Part shown: piece after piece, positions 35,117 through 52,303 of the stretch | Numbering within the stretch: the stretch's first letter is position 1 | Layout: the number at the start of each line of letters is the position of its first letter | DNA from: Paraspadella gotoi | Lineage: Eukaryota > Animalia > Chaetognatha | Reading direction: 5' to 3' | DNA: 64,000 nt | Assembly: GCA_051294375.1 (NCBI GenBank) | Contig: CM119269.1 | Location: forward strand, 13,300,790-13,364,789 | Made by a program: the position numbers and the translations under genes | The notes under the pieces: model-generated | Told to the model about the DNA's origin: nothing | Databases searched by the model: none | What the model saw: the letters and a program-made list of their open reading frames with translations, nothing else

Positions 35117-38100
35117 TCAGACTCTCTCGAAGACCTCCTTGACTCCTTTGGTCGCGACCTCGTTGAGTTCGTAGGCGGAGGAAAAAACCCCGAAGAAGAT
35201 GGCGACAATGGCGAGGACGATGATGAGAACGTCCAGCGCCTTCCCCCGCTGATCCAACTCTTGCCACTTGAGCTGCAGATGAAAGGCGCAGGGGAAGATG
35301 CAGACCAGCATGAAGCCGGTGAAGGAGCCGATGATCCCGAGCAGCAGAGTGTAGAAGGGGATGAAGAGGGCGAGAATGAGCGTGCCCAGGACCAGACCGA
35401 TCCGGGAGCCGATGGCCCAAGGGTGCAGAGCCCGCGGGAAGTCGTCCGTGTAGCAAGAGGGGAAGAGAGTCTCGGGCTTGCCTTGGAAGAAGGTGGCCTC
35501 TATGAGGTCGATGGCGGAGAAGTAGTAGAGAGGATAAGTTAAGAGGACTTTGAACACGATGAAAAGGTTCACCTGGAATGGGATGGGGTGAGGGGGTGAG
35601 GTCGAAAGGTAAGGGCTTTGCTGTTGCTGTTTCAGATGTCGTTGTTGTTCTAGCTGTTGTCGTTGATGATGACGCTGATGTTGAAATATATTGAAGATGA
35701 TAATGATTGATGATGACGATGATTATGATGGCGACGACGATAAAGATCATGACGACGACAAAGATGATGATAATTGATTATCATGATGATGATGTTGACA
35801 ATTATTCACACAATATTCACGCCGTGTAAGCGTCTCGACTCACCGTGATTCTGAAAATGGGTTTGGGGAGATTATTGGTGATGATGGATCTCGTGCGGTC
35901 TCCGTAGGTGAGGACTGTGAGAATGCAGAAGACGAGTTTGGACAAGATGGCCGTCCCGTGGGTCCACTTGATCATCGGCTTGTATTTCGTTCTGTCCACC
36001 AGGTTCGTTTCCAACATGGGAAGGAAGACCTGGAAGAAATAAAAGGGCAACAGGTGATTAAATGACGACGACTAAGAACGCGAGAGATTTTATTCGTGAA
36101 AGAGTGAAAGAGTGAAAGATTTAAAAAATAGAAATAGAAAAAGGGGAGAAATGCGCGTGAATAAAAGCACATTATCAGTCATTACGTCACCCTTAATACT
36201 TTCCGAAAAGATTTAACTAGTTTCAAAAAACACAATAAAAATAAAATTGCGAATGAGAAATAAATAATAATTAATGAACGAAAATAATTGTTAAAAAAGA
36301 ATTCTGTTTTAATACTTTCTCTTCGTTGTGTAGTACGATTTAATGAAAAGTTTGAAAATCGAATTCAACAACGATTTTTTTAAAAACGTGTCCGTTTTTC
36401 TATCGAAAAATGAAAAAAAAATGTTGTTGAATTCAATTTTCAAACTTTTCATTAAAAAAATTCTTAAAAAGACATGAATTAAAAAAAAAAAACACTATTT
36501 TTAATTGTTAATTTATTCTTAATAGTCTGATAGGATCAATCCTGGCTTTCAAAATAAAATAAAAGTTCCCGCCTGTTCAGTGTTCACTAAAAGCTGGGAT
36601 CTGGACCTCGACGCTTCGCCCTCTCTTGCGTCAGATTGCAAAGAATCGCAATGAAAAATTCGATCGAACCTGCGATGTGTAATTGATGGCCAGAACGCCG
36701 AAGGTCGCGGGGAACATTGGGTCCCATTTGGGTCCCAGCTGTGACCAGTCCCAGTCTCTGAGATGGAAAACAAATTACAAAAAAGAGGATTAAATAAAAG
36801 CGGAGGGAAGAGAAGAATAATAAGAGGAGAAAGAAGATTAAGACGACAGATGATTAAAAAAAACGATTCTCCGAGATGCGACAAGCTATAAGGAAAGCAG
36901 TATGGAAAGCAATATGGAAAGCAATAAGAACGGCGCTAACGAGAGCGGAAAGGCTTTAGGGATAAAGAGGAAAAATAGTATTGGATGACGTCATCGACAG
37001 AAATTTAAGACTCGTGACGTCATTGATTTAATCTTATTGAAAGGAAATCATATTTGAACTAATCGTTCAGAAATTTAAAACAAATATATAATATATATAT
37101 ATATATATATACATATAAATATATTACTGTGTATAGTACTTACGATATGTGAAGGAGGCAATGGAACAGAATTGATATGGCGATCGGGAAGAGGGCCACT
37201 GTTGACCAGAAAGAGACTTTACTGTAGGAGAAGAAAAGCGGAATACTATTTAATAATTTGTATCATTAAGTTAGTGAAAACCTCAATAGAAATGTATATA
37301 AACTTTTGTTTTGAAAGAAAAAGCATTATTTTTTATCAACCAGTGACAAATTAAAAAATTAGGGAAGCGGCAAACGCATCTCTCCAACTACGCATTACTG
37401 GCTCAATGGCCAGCGGTCACTGAGGGTTCAATATCCTAAACGAAAAAACACCACAGGCGACAATCGAGGTTGTCAAAGAATCATATTGTTCATTATTCAA
37501 TTACATCAAACCCCAAAACATTACTTTACATTAGATTACATTATTATCATCCCTATCACATTCAACGGGTGATCATTCCCTACCTGAGCGTAGTAAGTCG
37601 TTGCAGAAAGACGACGGGCACCAACGAGGCGCAGCAAAGGATGCACCAAGTCGTTTGTCCAACTGGCGCCTTTGGGAAGCAATGATACAAAAGGCTTCCT
37701 GCGTGGAAGAGAGGTGAGTTAGATGGTGAGGTGATTGATGGTGAATTCGTTTGATGGGAGAAGAGGAGAAGAACTTACCGCAGAGCAGAAAGTGACTGGA
37801 GCAGGTGAGGACCTGTTCCATGATTTGGATCGTGTTGACGAACTGACCCCCGAGTTTCGGTCCCCAACACCTGAGAAAGATCAAATTGAACGATGAAGCT
37901 TTGTCCGAGAGTTCACATATATTGTAATAGATTGTGTTAAAAAAATATTTTACTGATCGATTGATAAATAAGCCAAAGTACTGGGAGTTCGAGAACTAGA
38001 CCGAGAAGGAATCTAGTAATAGGGTCAAGGGACTTAAACCACCATAACTTGAAAGTTTTCTTGTCTCCAAACTTTGGACAATAAATATATTTAATTGAAT

Positions 38101-38422
38101 AAATATTTTTCTATTGGTTAAACCACAATACTATAATCCCACATAATAATAGGATAACATAATACCCTTCCGCGACAGGAAACAAATTGTCCAGCCGTAA
38201 AGCATAAATTGTCGATTTAACCCGCATCACCCTGTACTACCTTTCGGCGATGGAGACGTAGGAATCTCCGACTCTGACGATCTCCCCGTCCCTCTCTTCG
38301 TAGAGACAATCGATTAGGATGTATCCAGTGTACCACGAGGCCAAGCCCATGAGGATGATGGCGATCACAGCCCAGATGCCGCCTTGGAGGATGGAGAATG
38401 GCAGGGACAGGGTGATCACGCC
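35117..38422 (-). CDS. SLC32A1: Vesicular inhibitory amino acid transporter (VGAT/VIAAT, SLC32)-like, 5'-partial: complement(join(35117..35572,35844..36029,36670..36757,37144..37221,37584..37698,37779..37870,38241..38422))
   Basis: Seven GT-AG exons with consistent phases. Spliced protein has GVITLSLPFSILQGG, YTGYILIDCLYEERDGEIVRVGDSYVSIA, GGQFVNTIQIMEQVLTC, DWDWS..FP..FGV..NYTSQVFLPMLE, WTH, IITNNLP, VNLFIVFKVLLTYPL, FPSCY, LLGIIGSFTG, FPCAFHLQL, colinear with recalled VGAT motifs. Homology is clear; strict orthology is not established. Confidence 0.88.
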
Positions 38423-38683
38423 CTGGAAAGAAAAAAAAAGGGCAGGGAGGAAGTTTTCGTTTGAATAAATCATTATATGCTAATCGATTCTATTATTAGC
38501 GATATATAATTTCAGTTCGTTAATTAGTTTATTCATTTATTCATTCATTCATTCATTCATTCATTCATTGATCATTCATTCATTCATTCATCATCATTCA
38601 TTTATTCATTCATTTTTTTTATCTTTCTTCTATCTTTCTACTTATTTCCCCCTCTTTCTACAATTCTTTTCTTCTCTCTCTCT

Positions 38684-38760
<77 letters not shown>

Positions 38761-38989
38761 CTCTCTCTCTCTCTCTCTAATTCTCCTCTTCTCTCTATCT
38801 CCCAATCTCTCTCTGTCTCACACGTTCCCTTCCCTTAATTATCGAGACCTTCGCCGGGATTAACTTTTGTCTGCCTAAATCGTTGGGCCCGGCTTATCTC
38901 CTTTCTGGATCTGGCTCGGGAAGGGAAGTGGAGGGTCCGAGTGGGAGGAACAGGGGCTTTAAACCGTTGGATAATCCGATCCACGACCT

Positions 38990-39140
38990 GGTTGATGACC
39001 CTTCTGAGCTGACTGATGACCCGTTTAAACTGACTGATGACCCGTTCAAGCTGACTTTTTACCCGTTCAAGCTGAATGATGATCCGTCTAAACTGACTTA
39101 TGACCGATTTAAACTGACTGATGAGCCAAATCAACTGATG
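38990..39140. repeat. 21-bp tandem repeat (~7 copies)
   Basis: Unit (G/A)CTGACTGATGACCCGTT(T/C)AA; open frames on both strands (LTDDPFK)n and (VISQFKR)n. Confidence 0.85.
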
Positions 39141-39220
39141 TTGAACAAGCAGAGACAGCTAAACCGTTTCTTGTTGGAGACTTCCTATAAGGATCTTACA
39201 ATGAAAGAACGACCTTAGAT

Positions 39221-39351
39221 TATTGGCGTCTTTTTTTCCGAATTTTCTTCTCAAAATGATTCTGCCTAATATTGTGGGTACCCTGGCNNNNNNNNNNTAT
39301 TGGCGTCTTTTTTACGTAATTTTCTTCTCAAAATGATTCTGCCTAATATTG
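39221..39351. other. 10-N scaffold gap (39288-39297) flanked by a duplicated ~53-bp sequence
   Basis: TATTGGCGTCTTTTTT..AATTTTCTTCTCAAAATGATTCTGCCTAATATTG on both sides of the Ns, typical of unmerged contig ends. Confidence 0.85.
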
Positions 39352-39776
39352 GTGATTCATAAAAAAGGTTTTTTACAAAACGCCGCTTTTTGCTCAACTA
39401 ATTATGTTCGGAACAATAGCAATTTAATGTTTCTTTAATATTAATTTAATCATCATTGACTGCTGTGCGGACCAGTGTCCACTTGATTCGTAAAATAATT
39501 AACCAAGTATATCTTCGATGGTGGTCGTAAGTTAAAAAAGTATAATTGTACACAAAGGTTGTATAGATATTTAAACTTTTTCGTTCCGAGGGTTTAACTT
39601 CTAGTTCACCTTCTGTTTTTCTTTAATCTAACCCAATGTTTTTCTCAGAATAGTTCTCTCCCCTTTTCGTATTTTATTATAGAAGAAAACGATCTTTCCT
39701 TTAATTTTATCGTCATTGTTTTGCAAATTTTATCCTCACGTCCCAGGACCGATCTCAGTTTTAACTGTACACGTCG

Positions 39777-39879
<103 letters not shown>

Positions 39880-41098
39880 TTTTCTTCCCTTCTTTCTTTC
39901 CTTCCTTCCTACCTTTGCTTCCCCTCTTCCTTTCCTCGGTCCTTCTTTCTTTATTTCTCTCTTTCCTATCTTCCTACCATTTTCTTTTCTGTTCCCTTCA
40001 TCCCTTCATCCCTTCATCCCTTCATCCCTTCCCCAAATCCCCTTCTGTCATCCTTCAAGTCGAACAGGAAAACGAAGGTGTTTTTGAGAGTTCGGTACAG
40101 TGACGTCATTCGTTCTCAGCTGTCGGACGCAAAGTCTATGGCTAAAACTCGATGCACGCAGTCGAGAGATTCGCTGCGAAAACCGCGCGACGTGAATGAA
40201 TCATATTCTCAACTGGTGAAGTCTAAACGTCGGCGGTTAGCGAAGCTGGCAGGAAAATGGCTGGAGAGGAAAGAAGGAGGAAAGGAACGGAGAGAGAGAG
40301 AGAAAAAAAAAGGAAAGAAGTGGAGGAAAATAAAAAAAAGAAAAAGAAGTTAAATGGGACGAAGAGGTTTATTGCGAGTTGAAGAACGAAATGGAATGAA
40401 AAGAAAAGTAGAGATAAGAAAGGAAAAAGAAAAGAAAGAGTAAGAAAGAGTGGGAGGAGATAGAGAGAAAGAGAGAGGATAGAGGAGAGAAAGGAGAGAA
40501 ATGAAAGGAAAAGGAGGAGAGAGAGAGAGAGAGAGAGCAAGGAGATGGAGAGAGAGGAGAGAATGAGGTGCGAGAGGAGGGAGAGAGGAGGAGAGGGGGA
40601 GAGAGAGGAGAGAAAATATGGCGCGTGTCACGGGATAACGACGGAATATAAGGAAAGCTGAAAAAATAATTAGAAAACGATTGTGAGAGACAGAGAGAGA
40701 AGAGAGAAAAAAATTGTGGAATAAGACAGAGAGAATTGTAGAAATGCGTAAATTTAGTCGAAATAGGAATTAAGTTAATAACTCAAACATTTTTACAATC
40801 TAATTTAATATAACAATATCTTAAAAACAAATCTATAAACAGTTAACACATCTAAACTATTCTTATCTAGAGATCGCAAAACATCAAAACGTCACAAAAA
40901 CATCACCAAAAATCACAAAACACAACTCTTCCGATGCGAAACTCAAGAAATCACAAAAACTTAATCTTTTCGTTTCAAGAAGCAGAATTTTTTTTCTTGT
41001 GAAACTCAGATTCAAATCGAAAGCAGAAAAAAACAAACTGTCAACCAGTTCTCACTCAACTTAAGAGTCAGCGCTGAAAGGAAATGAAAGAAATACGA

Positions 41099-41167
<69 letters not shown>

Positions 41168-41491
41168 ACTCTGTAACAACAAATAAAATTTTGTAGTATT
41201 TAAATTGTAATTTTGAAAAATATTTGCTAAGTAAAATAAGACAGAGTTGAGCTCACGCGCTGCGACGGTTGAAATTTAAGTGATCACAAAAGGGTTTGTG
41301 AGAGGGCGGTCGAAGTGGAGGTTTTAGTCCAAGAGAATGTAATTATGTAAATGCATTCAATGAATTGCAGCCTCATCCGTGAAAGTTGCGAACAGTGACA
41401 CGAACTGGCCTGACACTTGGTGCGTTTGACACTCGGCGTGTAACATCACACATGGTGCCTTTCGTCTTATATAGTTCCTTAAATAGGCGCG

Positions 41492-41573
<82 letters not shown>

Positions 41574-41729
41574 CTTCTCTTCTCTCTCTCTCTCTCTCTT
41601 TCTCTTTCTCTTTCTGTTCTCTCTCTCTCTCTCTCTCTCCCTCTCTCGTGTCGCAATTTCTCTCCAGATTGCGGACGACGAGAATTAAGCTAAATACCCT
41701 TGGGACAGAGAGAGAGAGAGAGAGAGTGT

Positions 41730-41790
<61 letters not shown>

Positions 41791-41885
41791 CCGTGAAAAC
41801 GCCAGGGCAAAGAGCGAAACATCCCAAAGATCAAGACCCACAGCGCGAAGACACGACACGCTTAGTCTCTCTCTCTCTCTTCTCT

Positions 41886-41923
<38 letters not shown>

Positions 41924-43089
41924 CTCTCTCTCCTCTCTCTTTCTCTCTCTCTCTCTCTGATTTGTCAGCAATTTCCCTCTCTCGTTCCAGACCAGGATTT
42001 CCTTCGATAAAATCAGTGATGGATGAAAGGAATCATTCCTTTTGAAATGAGAAACGGATTAAGAGTAATTAAATTATTATAAATATAAAAAAATTGGAAT
42101 GAATATGAAAATTAATATTCGTAGTGGGTGGGTACTTTAATAATAATTATTAATAAAATAAAAACGACTAATTATTATTATTATTATTATTATTATTTAT
42201 TATTATTATTATTATTATTAATATTATTATTATTATTATATTATTATTATATTATTATTATTATTATTATATTATTATTATTATATTTTTACTCTAGCTG
42301 GCCCCAAAAAATCAAAATCAAAATTTTAAATTTAACTACAGGTTTGATCCCGTACAGTGGAGTTGAAAGAATGTGCGAACCAACCCGCACAGAATATAGC
42401 AGGCCCATCGAGCCTTTTCAACAACTGACACGACATTCTCACAATCGGTAAGATAAAGAATACGTCGGTTGGCCCCGTTCGTTTCTCTGAAAAGTGAGTC
42501 ATGTCCCACGCTACCGAGACGAAATGCCTCCACCATTCCCATTCCATCTTAACCAAACGCGTTTCAGAATTCCTCCAAACTTTCTCGAATATCCTTTTCT
42601 GGTTCCAACTCTCTGAGGTTCAACTTGATTCCTCGTCATTAATACTCTTAAGGCGACGAGACAGCGCGTTCGGAATTCGTCGCTCTGGACGCTCGAGACG
42701 CTCCGCTACGTTCGAAACCACGACCACCACAGCTCAGCTCCACCACAGCTTACCACGACCGCCGCCACCACAATCGATACAAGATAAAGGCAACCAGAAT
42801 TAAACAAAAAAGTGGGCGTTGTAAAATAAAGATTAAAATAAACTGGAACAACGAGTTTTTTTCTCTTGAATGTACTTAAAAGAAAATTCCGTCGCATAAT
42901 TACTAAAGTAATAACCTTATTAATTAAACTTTAAACTTTCATTATTTTTCTTTGATTTGCGTCATCGTGATCGATCGACGAATTAGGAATCATTATTTTT
43001 TCGACGTTTGACAAAACCTGATTTCTTGAATTCGAGTCGCGTTGAATCGTTCATTCGGTGCATGAGCTCAGCCGAGACATTCACTTCTG

Positions 43090-43285
43090 TAGTGAATGAG
43101 CTAAACTGTTGAGAGATAGTCTGAATGAAAGCTTGCAGAGGCCTAATATATGTTATTTTCTTGTAAGAAGTTTGAATGCCTTAAACGCCATAGCCTGACC
43201 AAATCAGTGGGCAAGATAGCTATATGGTATTGAATGAAAGGATTATTTTATATTGTTTGTAATTTTGTACCAATTTCTGATAAAA
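43090..43285 (-). repeat. Degenerate inverted copy of family B
   Basis: GAAAGCTTGCAG, CTTGTAAGA, GCCTTAAAC, GGGCAAGATAGCT and TTGTACCAATTTC match the reverse complement of 16965-17145. Confidence 0.7.
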
Positions 43286-43399
43286 TGCTCTATAATATGA
43301 ATACCTCGCACATCTCACTTTAATCATGGCTCAGCGGGGAGAACGCACCATACTGTAGAAGGGAATTGCTATCGTGCGTTCTATCCACAGTCCTAACGA

Positions 43400-43510
43400 C
43401 TTCCCTTTGCGTGGCAAAGGCGACATGTGTGGCGCCACTGAGGGTCCGAAGCTCATAACGCCAACCAGTAAGACTGCCCAACTAGCTCGGCATAACAGAT
43501 ATTGCCAGGA
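43400..43510 (+). repeat. Family A hairpin-rich repeat copy
   Basis: CCTTTGC-GTG-GCAAAGG hairpin, CACTGAGGGT, GCCAACCAGT and TGCCCAACT colinear with 1-120. Confidence 0.45.
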
Positions 43511-43603
43511 GACATCTTTTCTCTTGAAAAATCTCAAGTGGTCACTTATATTCTCGTTTTACATACATCACGTCTCTTCTATCAAACTCTCTCAGGCTCG
43601 GGG

Positions 43604-47312
<3,709 letters not shown>

Positions 47313-47846
47313 TTCGCGGTAGGGAGAAGTGGAATGAAGGGAGGATGACAAATTAAAAAATTATAATAAAGTAGAACGATAGAAATAAAACAATAATGCT
47401 TTATGGGAAATGGAATTTAAAAACTTTGACTTTACAAGAAAGGAACAACCAAATGTAGTGCATGTTAATCTCCGACAACAACAGACGAAAACAACAAAAA
47501 ACAACGACATACCGTTATAAAACCTCAAAGTAAACACCAAAACTCATTAACAGCAAAAAACAACAACAAATCACAACAAACACCAATCAATAACAAACCA
47601 AACCAAACAACAGCGAACCACACAAACCACACAAAAACACACAAACAACAACAAACCACAAATCACAACAGAGACGTCGTTTAAACTCCGCAAAATGAAA
47701 GATTATAACCGACGTTTTTTCTCTTTTTGTTCTCCAATTAATCAAGTTTTTTTTCTTCTTTTTTTAATTTTTTCTTTTTTTTTCTGATAGAAGATTACTG
47801 CAAGGTCGGATAGGGAAGTCTGTTTATTATGAAATGGATGGAGGGA

Positions 47847-47877
<31 letters not shown>

Positions 47878-48205
47878 CAGACAACAAAGAGAACGCCGAC
47901 GACGACAACGACGTCAACATGGACGAAAGCGACGCCAACTCGATTTATATTTGGCAATGATGCCGACGATGTGAGCAATCCCTGTCAGTCTGTCAGTAAT
48001 TCCCTCTCATCGATCGAGTTAAGTTTACCATTCGTCTTCAACGTCTGCCACCATTCACAGCCATTCCGCGAGCCGTCTCTGTCAACCATCTCGCTTCTAG
48101 TTCTAATGCCATCTCTGTCAACAATATCCCACACCTCTGGCTATCATCTTCCTTCATTTGCCATCTCTGTCTACTTCGCGCGAATCTCCCTCTACCTCTT
48201 AACAC

Positions 48206-48236
<31 letters not shown>

Positions 48237-49875
48237 TTATTCCTAATTTCCTCCCTTTTCCTTTTTTATTCCTAATTTCCTCTTTTTTCCTTTTTTCTTC
48301 CTAATTTCCTCCCTTTTTCCTATCTTCTCCTTTCATTTACTCTTCCTCTTTTACCTTTTCTTTTTTTTTCTCGTTTCCTTTCCTCTTCTCTTTCCTCCTA
48401 TTTCCTCCTTTCCTCGTGATAAATCACTCTGTCACATCCACTCTCTCGTGTCGTCGTCGNNNNNNNNNNNNNNNNNNNNNNNNNNNNNNNNNNNNNNNNN
48501 NNNNNNNNNNNNNNNNNNNNNNNNNNNNNNNNNNNNNNNNNNNNNNNNNNNNNNNNNNNNNNNNNNNNNNNNNNNNNNNNNNNNNNNNNNNNNNNNNNNN
48601 NNNNNNNNNNNNNNNNNNNNNNNNNNNNNNNNNNNNNNNNNNNNNNNNNNNNNNNNNNNNNNNNNNNNNNNNNNNNNNNNNNNNNNNNNNNNNNNNNNNN
48701 NNNTTAGCTGCCTTAAGAGAATTTCACCTGGTCAAGCGTCTCAGTAAGACTGAACAAAAAACTGCGTTAGAGCTAAGAACGAAAACAAGGTTAAACAACT
48801 TAACAATTTAAAGTCTTAAACCACAATTACTTATTACTTATTTTACAGATATTTACATTTCACACTGAGAAGATTATCCTAACCGCATTTGCGATACTCA
48901 TTCGCAATGAGTGGAATCACCTTCGGCGTTCCGAATCAGGACGCGGTTGCCCGTTCGCCTTCGTCGTCATGACAACCCATCGCTTCCGCGAGTTCCACTT
49001 CTCGATGTCCGATTCCATGTTCGAAGCCGCTACGTCACCGATGCGCTCAATATCCACGCCACGCCGTAGGCCGCCACGCCACGCTGAGTTTCACCGAACC
49101 AACGAAGCCGCGCCACTTTTTAAAAGCCGACACGACTATCGGCTCTTCTACCTCCCCCCCTCCGCCCCCCTCCTTCTTTCGCGCGCGTAATTTGGCCGAG
49201 AGGTGAAGGGGCATCAGTCACGAGAGGCGGTTGGCCGTGACAGGTGAGAGGAGGAAAGAGGGAAGAGGAAAGAGGAGGGAGAGATGAAAAAAAGGAAAAA
49301 GGAAAGAGAAAATTAGAAAAAAGAAAAAAGGTAAAACAATAAGGAAAAGGAAAAGAAAAGGAATAGAAAAATAGAAAATTATAGAAAAATAGAAAAATAG
49401 AAAAAGGTGAAAGAAACGAAAAATAAAAAGAAAGAAAAAGAAAAAAAGAGACATACACAGACATTACACACACGTTTAGGGAAGAAAAACAAAAGGCTCG
49501 TACAAACAAAATAAAAAGAACAACAAAGATCAAAACAACGACAACAACGACAACGACAACAACGATGTCCCTTCGGCGATTTTCTTCCCTCAGCGTCAAT
49601 TTACGCCGAACGTAAGTGACAGTTGGCGCCGCCGCCGTTGACGACGACGACGACGCCAGAAACGACGCCGGCGATGATGACGCCGCCGGGAACGACGACG
49701 CCGACGCAAATAACGACGCCGTCGATGATGGAATCGATGGAAACATTGATTGCGAGGAAAGAAAAGTGAAAAGGCGACGACGATGACGACGACGAAGACG
49801 ACTACGATGATGATAACCACGCTAATGATGGATCTCATGACCAACGGGACGCCGGAGGAATTTCCAGCTGCCTTA

Positions 49876-49922
<47 letters not shown>

Positions 49923-51099
49923 TGAAGGACGAGAATGAAGACAATATTAAATATAGAATGTTGTTTAAACATTATTATATAACACTCCATGTCATGAAAG
50001 CAATCGTATTCTTTTAGTAAGTTTGAGGTCATTAGGAGCTGCTCTCTAAAGTTACACGTCCGTCAAAATTAGAACAAGAGATAGAAAATACACATTGAGA
50101 CATTTCAAAACTCGAACCTCCTTTTAACAAGTTTGCCTGTCCTAGGTAATATTTCATGACTTAATGAGATTGGGAGGCACCTCAGTTCGGGAAAGTTTCA
50201 ACAATTAAAGTAATTTTCGTCAAATCAGGTTGGTTTTTTTTTTTTTAAACGTCTTTCTTCGGTTTTTTTGATTGACTCTTCAATGTGGTCGCTTTTTCTT
50301 CATTTTTTCCCCCTTTCATTTCGAATGACGCAAAGAAAACAAGTTTGATTTATTCAGACTAGCGTCAATCGTTAAATCTGAAGTAGATTGATTGAAAAGT
50401 TTAAATATTCGAAAAATGTTTAAGTATTTGGTATATTTATCATTCGGGAGAATAAAAAAAAGACCCGTCCCATTTTTGGACGAGGACGGCGTCAGAGAAA
50501 AAGAGGACGACGACGACAATGATGNNNNNNNNNNNNNNNNNNNNNNNNNACAGACGATGGAAAGACGACGACGACGAATGATGACAACTAGTGACAGTAG
50601 ATGACTTACCCGATCAACGAACGACACGAGAATTGATGGACAACTCGCCTCTATAGCAAGACGAGACGACTAAATGGATGAACATAGCCTATGACCAGAT
50701 ATGACTATCGACGACGATGGAACATGTGATTAACGAGCGGACGGCGACCAATGGACGACGGATGATGACGGACAACGATGACCAGCAACCTGCGCGACGT
50801 ACGGACGAGGACGACGGACTGGACGCACGGATTAACGACAACGATGACAGAATGACGAGGACGACGACGACAATGGGTAAGACCCCACATGTCGGACCAC
50901 ACCATGAAATTGAAAAAAGAGGAAACGCGAGCAGCACTATTGAGCCGCATATAGATGCTGAGAAACCGGGGAGAAATTGGGGAGAGAGCAGAGAGAGATC
51001 GAAGGAGAGAGAGGAGACGGAGACGAACCGCCTGCCGTTGTGGTCGGCGCCGATATGCACGACGAGACGAGAGGGAGAGAGCGTTGTGCGGTGAGGATG

Positions 51100-52265
51100 A
51101 GAGAGAGAGAGAAAAGAGAGAGAGCGCTGGAGGTGAGACGTGCAGATCGTGCCGAACGTGGTTCATTGCTGACTGGATCGGCGCCGTAGAACCACGTGGC
51201 TGTCGCTCAGGACAGTTGGGACCGGTAGCGGTTTTGTCTGAGTGTCTGTCGTATCGGCTGGCAACTGCAACGTCAAACATGCGTGTCATCGTTCCTAGTG
51301 CTCGAGTACCCATGTTTATTTCGATGCTGCATCGTGGCAGCCGTCGTCATCGTCCGCCGTTACCCTGTGACTTGTCATTATACCGAGCAATTGCGCTCTA
51401 ACGATTGAGATTTCTTTGAGTGAGCGCGTCGAGTCAGGTGCGTGCCGAGGCAAGACTCTAGAGTCAGAGCAGGTTTACAAGAAAGAAACAGTGTGTAACA
51501 TTAAATGGTCTAAGAGGTAGAGAATATGATGGGGTGCCGAGGAGAGTGTGTTGATGTTGTGCGAGCGGTCGTGCTGAGAAGAGTGAATTGGTATGCGTTG
51601 GTGCAGGAAGCGCGCGGTGTTGGAGTGGTGATGGCTATGTGATCACGAGAGGGATGACAGTCAATAGGTTAAGATACACGAATAAATTTGTGGTGGAGTG
51701 TTGTTGCCCTCTGTTTCGTCGATATTATTTGCGCTCTAGAATATGAGTCAGGTACGAGGAATCTCGTCGCCTCTGCGTGCGTGCGCGTGCTTTTCTGTCG
51801 GTGCTCTCGGTCTGCTCGTCGTCTCTGCGGTCTCTCTCGAGAGCTGCTCTCTTGCGTCTGTGCGTCTCTCTCTCTGCTCGTCTCTGCTCTCTCTCGAATG
51901 TTGCCCCTAGATGCTATCAACTCTTTTGTAATCCTTTTGCGAGGAAAAATGCGTTCTCCTTGTAAAATCCTCTTCAGCTTCTCTCTTTTCCTCGCATTCT
52001 GGAAAACACAGTGTGTCTACTCTTCTCTCTCTATCACACAATCCGCATTACACATGCTTGGGATTCTCTCAGCCTTTTTCGATCGATTCCGATATTCCTT
52101 TTCTTCCTGACTCTCCTTTTACCCCCCCCTCCTCCTCATCTCTCTCTTTCCTACCTCTGATTCCCTTATCTCGTCCCTCTGTTGTATTCCCACCAAAATC
52201 CTTTATTTTGCTCCATAAAACCGAAACGCGGATTTTTTACTTCTCTCTCATCTCTCTCTCTATCA

Positions 52266-52303
<38 letters not shown>

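Noticed and set aside
36860-36955. Hydrophobic minus-strand frame (LSALVSAVLIAFHIAFHTAFLIAC) as a transporter exon
   Set aside because: No donor in the required phase; the true exon is 37144-37221 with canonical sites.
38990-39140. Repeated CTGA/TGATGA motifs as C/D snoRNA boxes or hammerhead cores
   Set aside because: They are part of the 21-bp tandem unit; no GAAA partner, terminal stem or guide sequence.
50689-51401. Cluster of 100-200 aa ORFs, and those at 59013-60026
   Set aside because: Located in noisy low-complexity gap-fill sequence derived from (GAC)n, (AG)n and (CCGA)n tracts.
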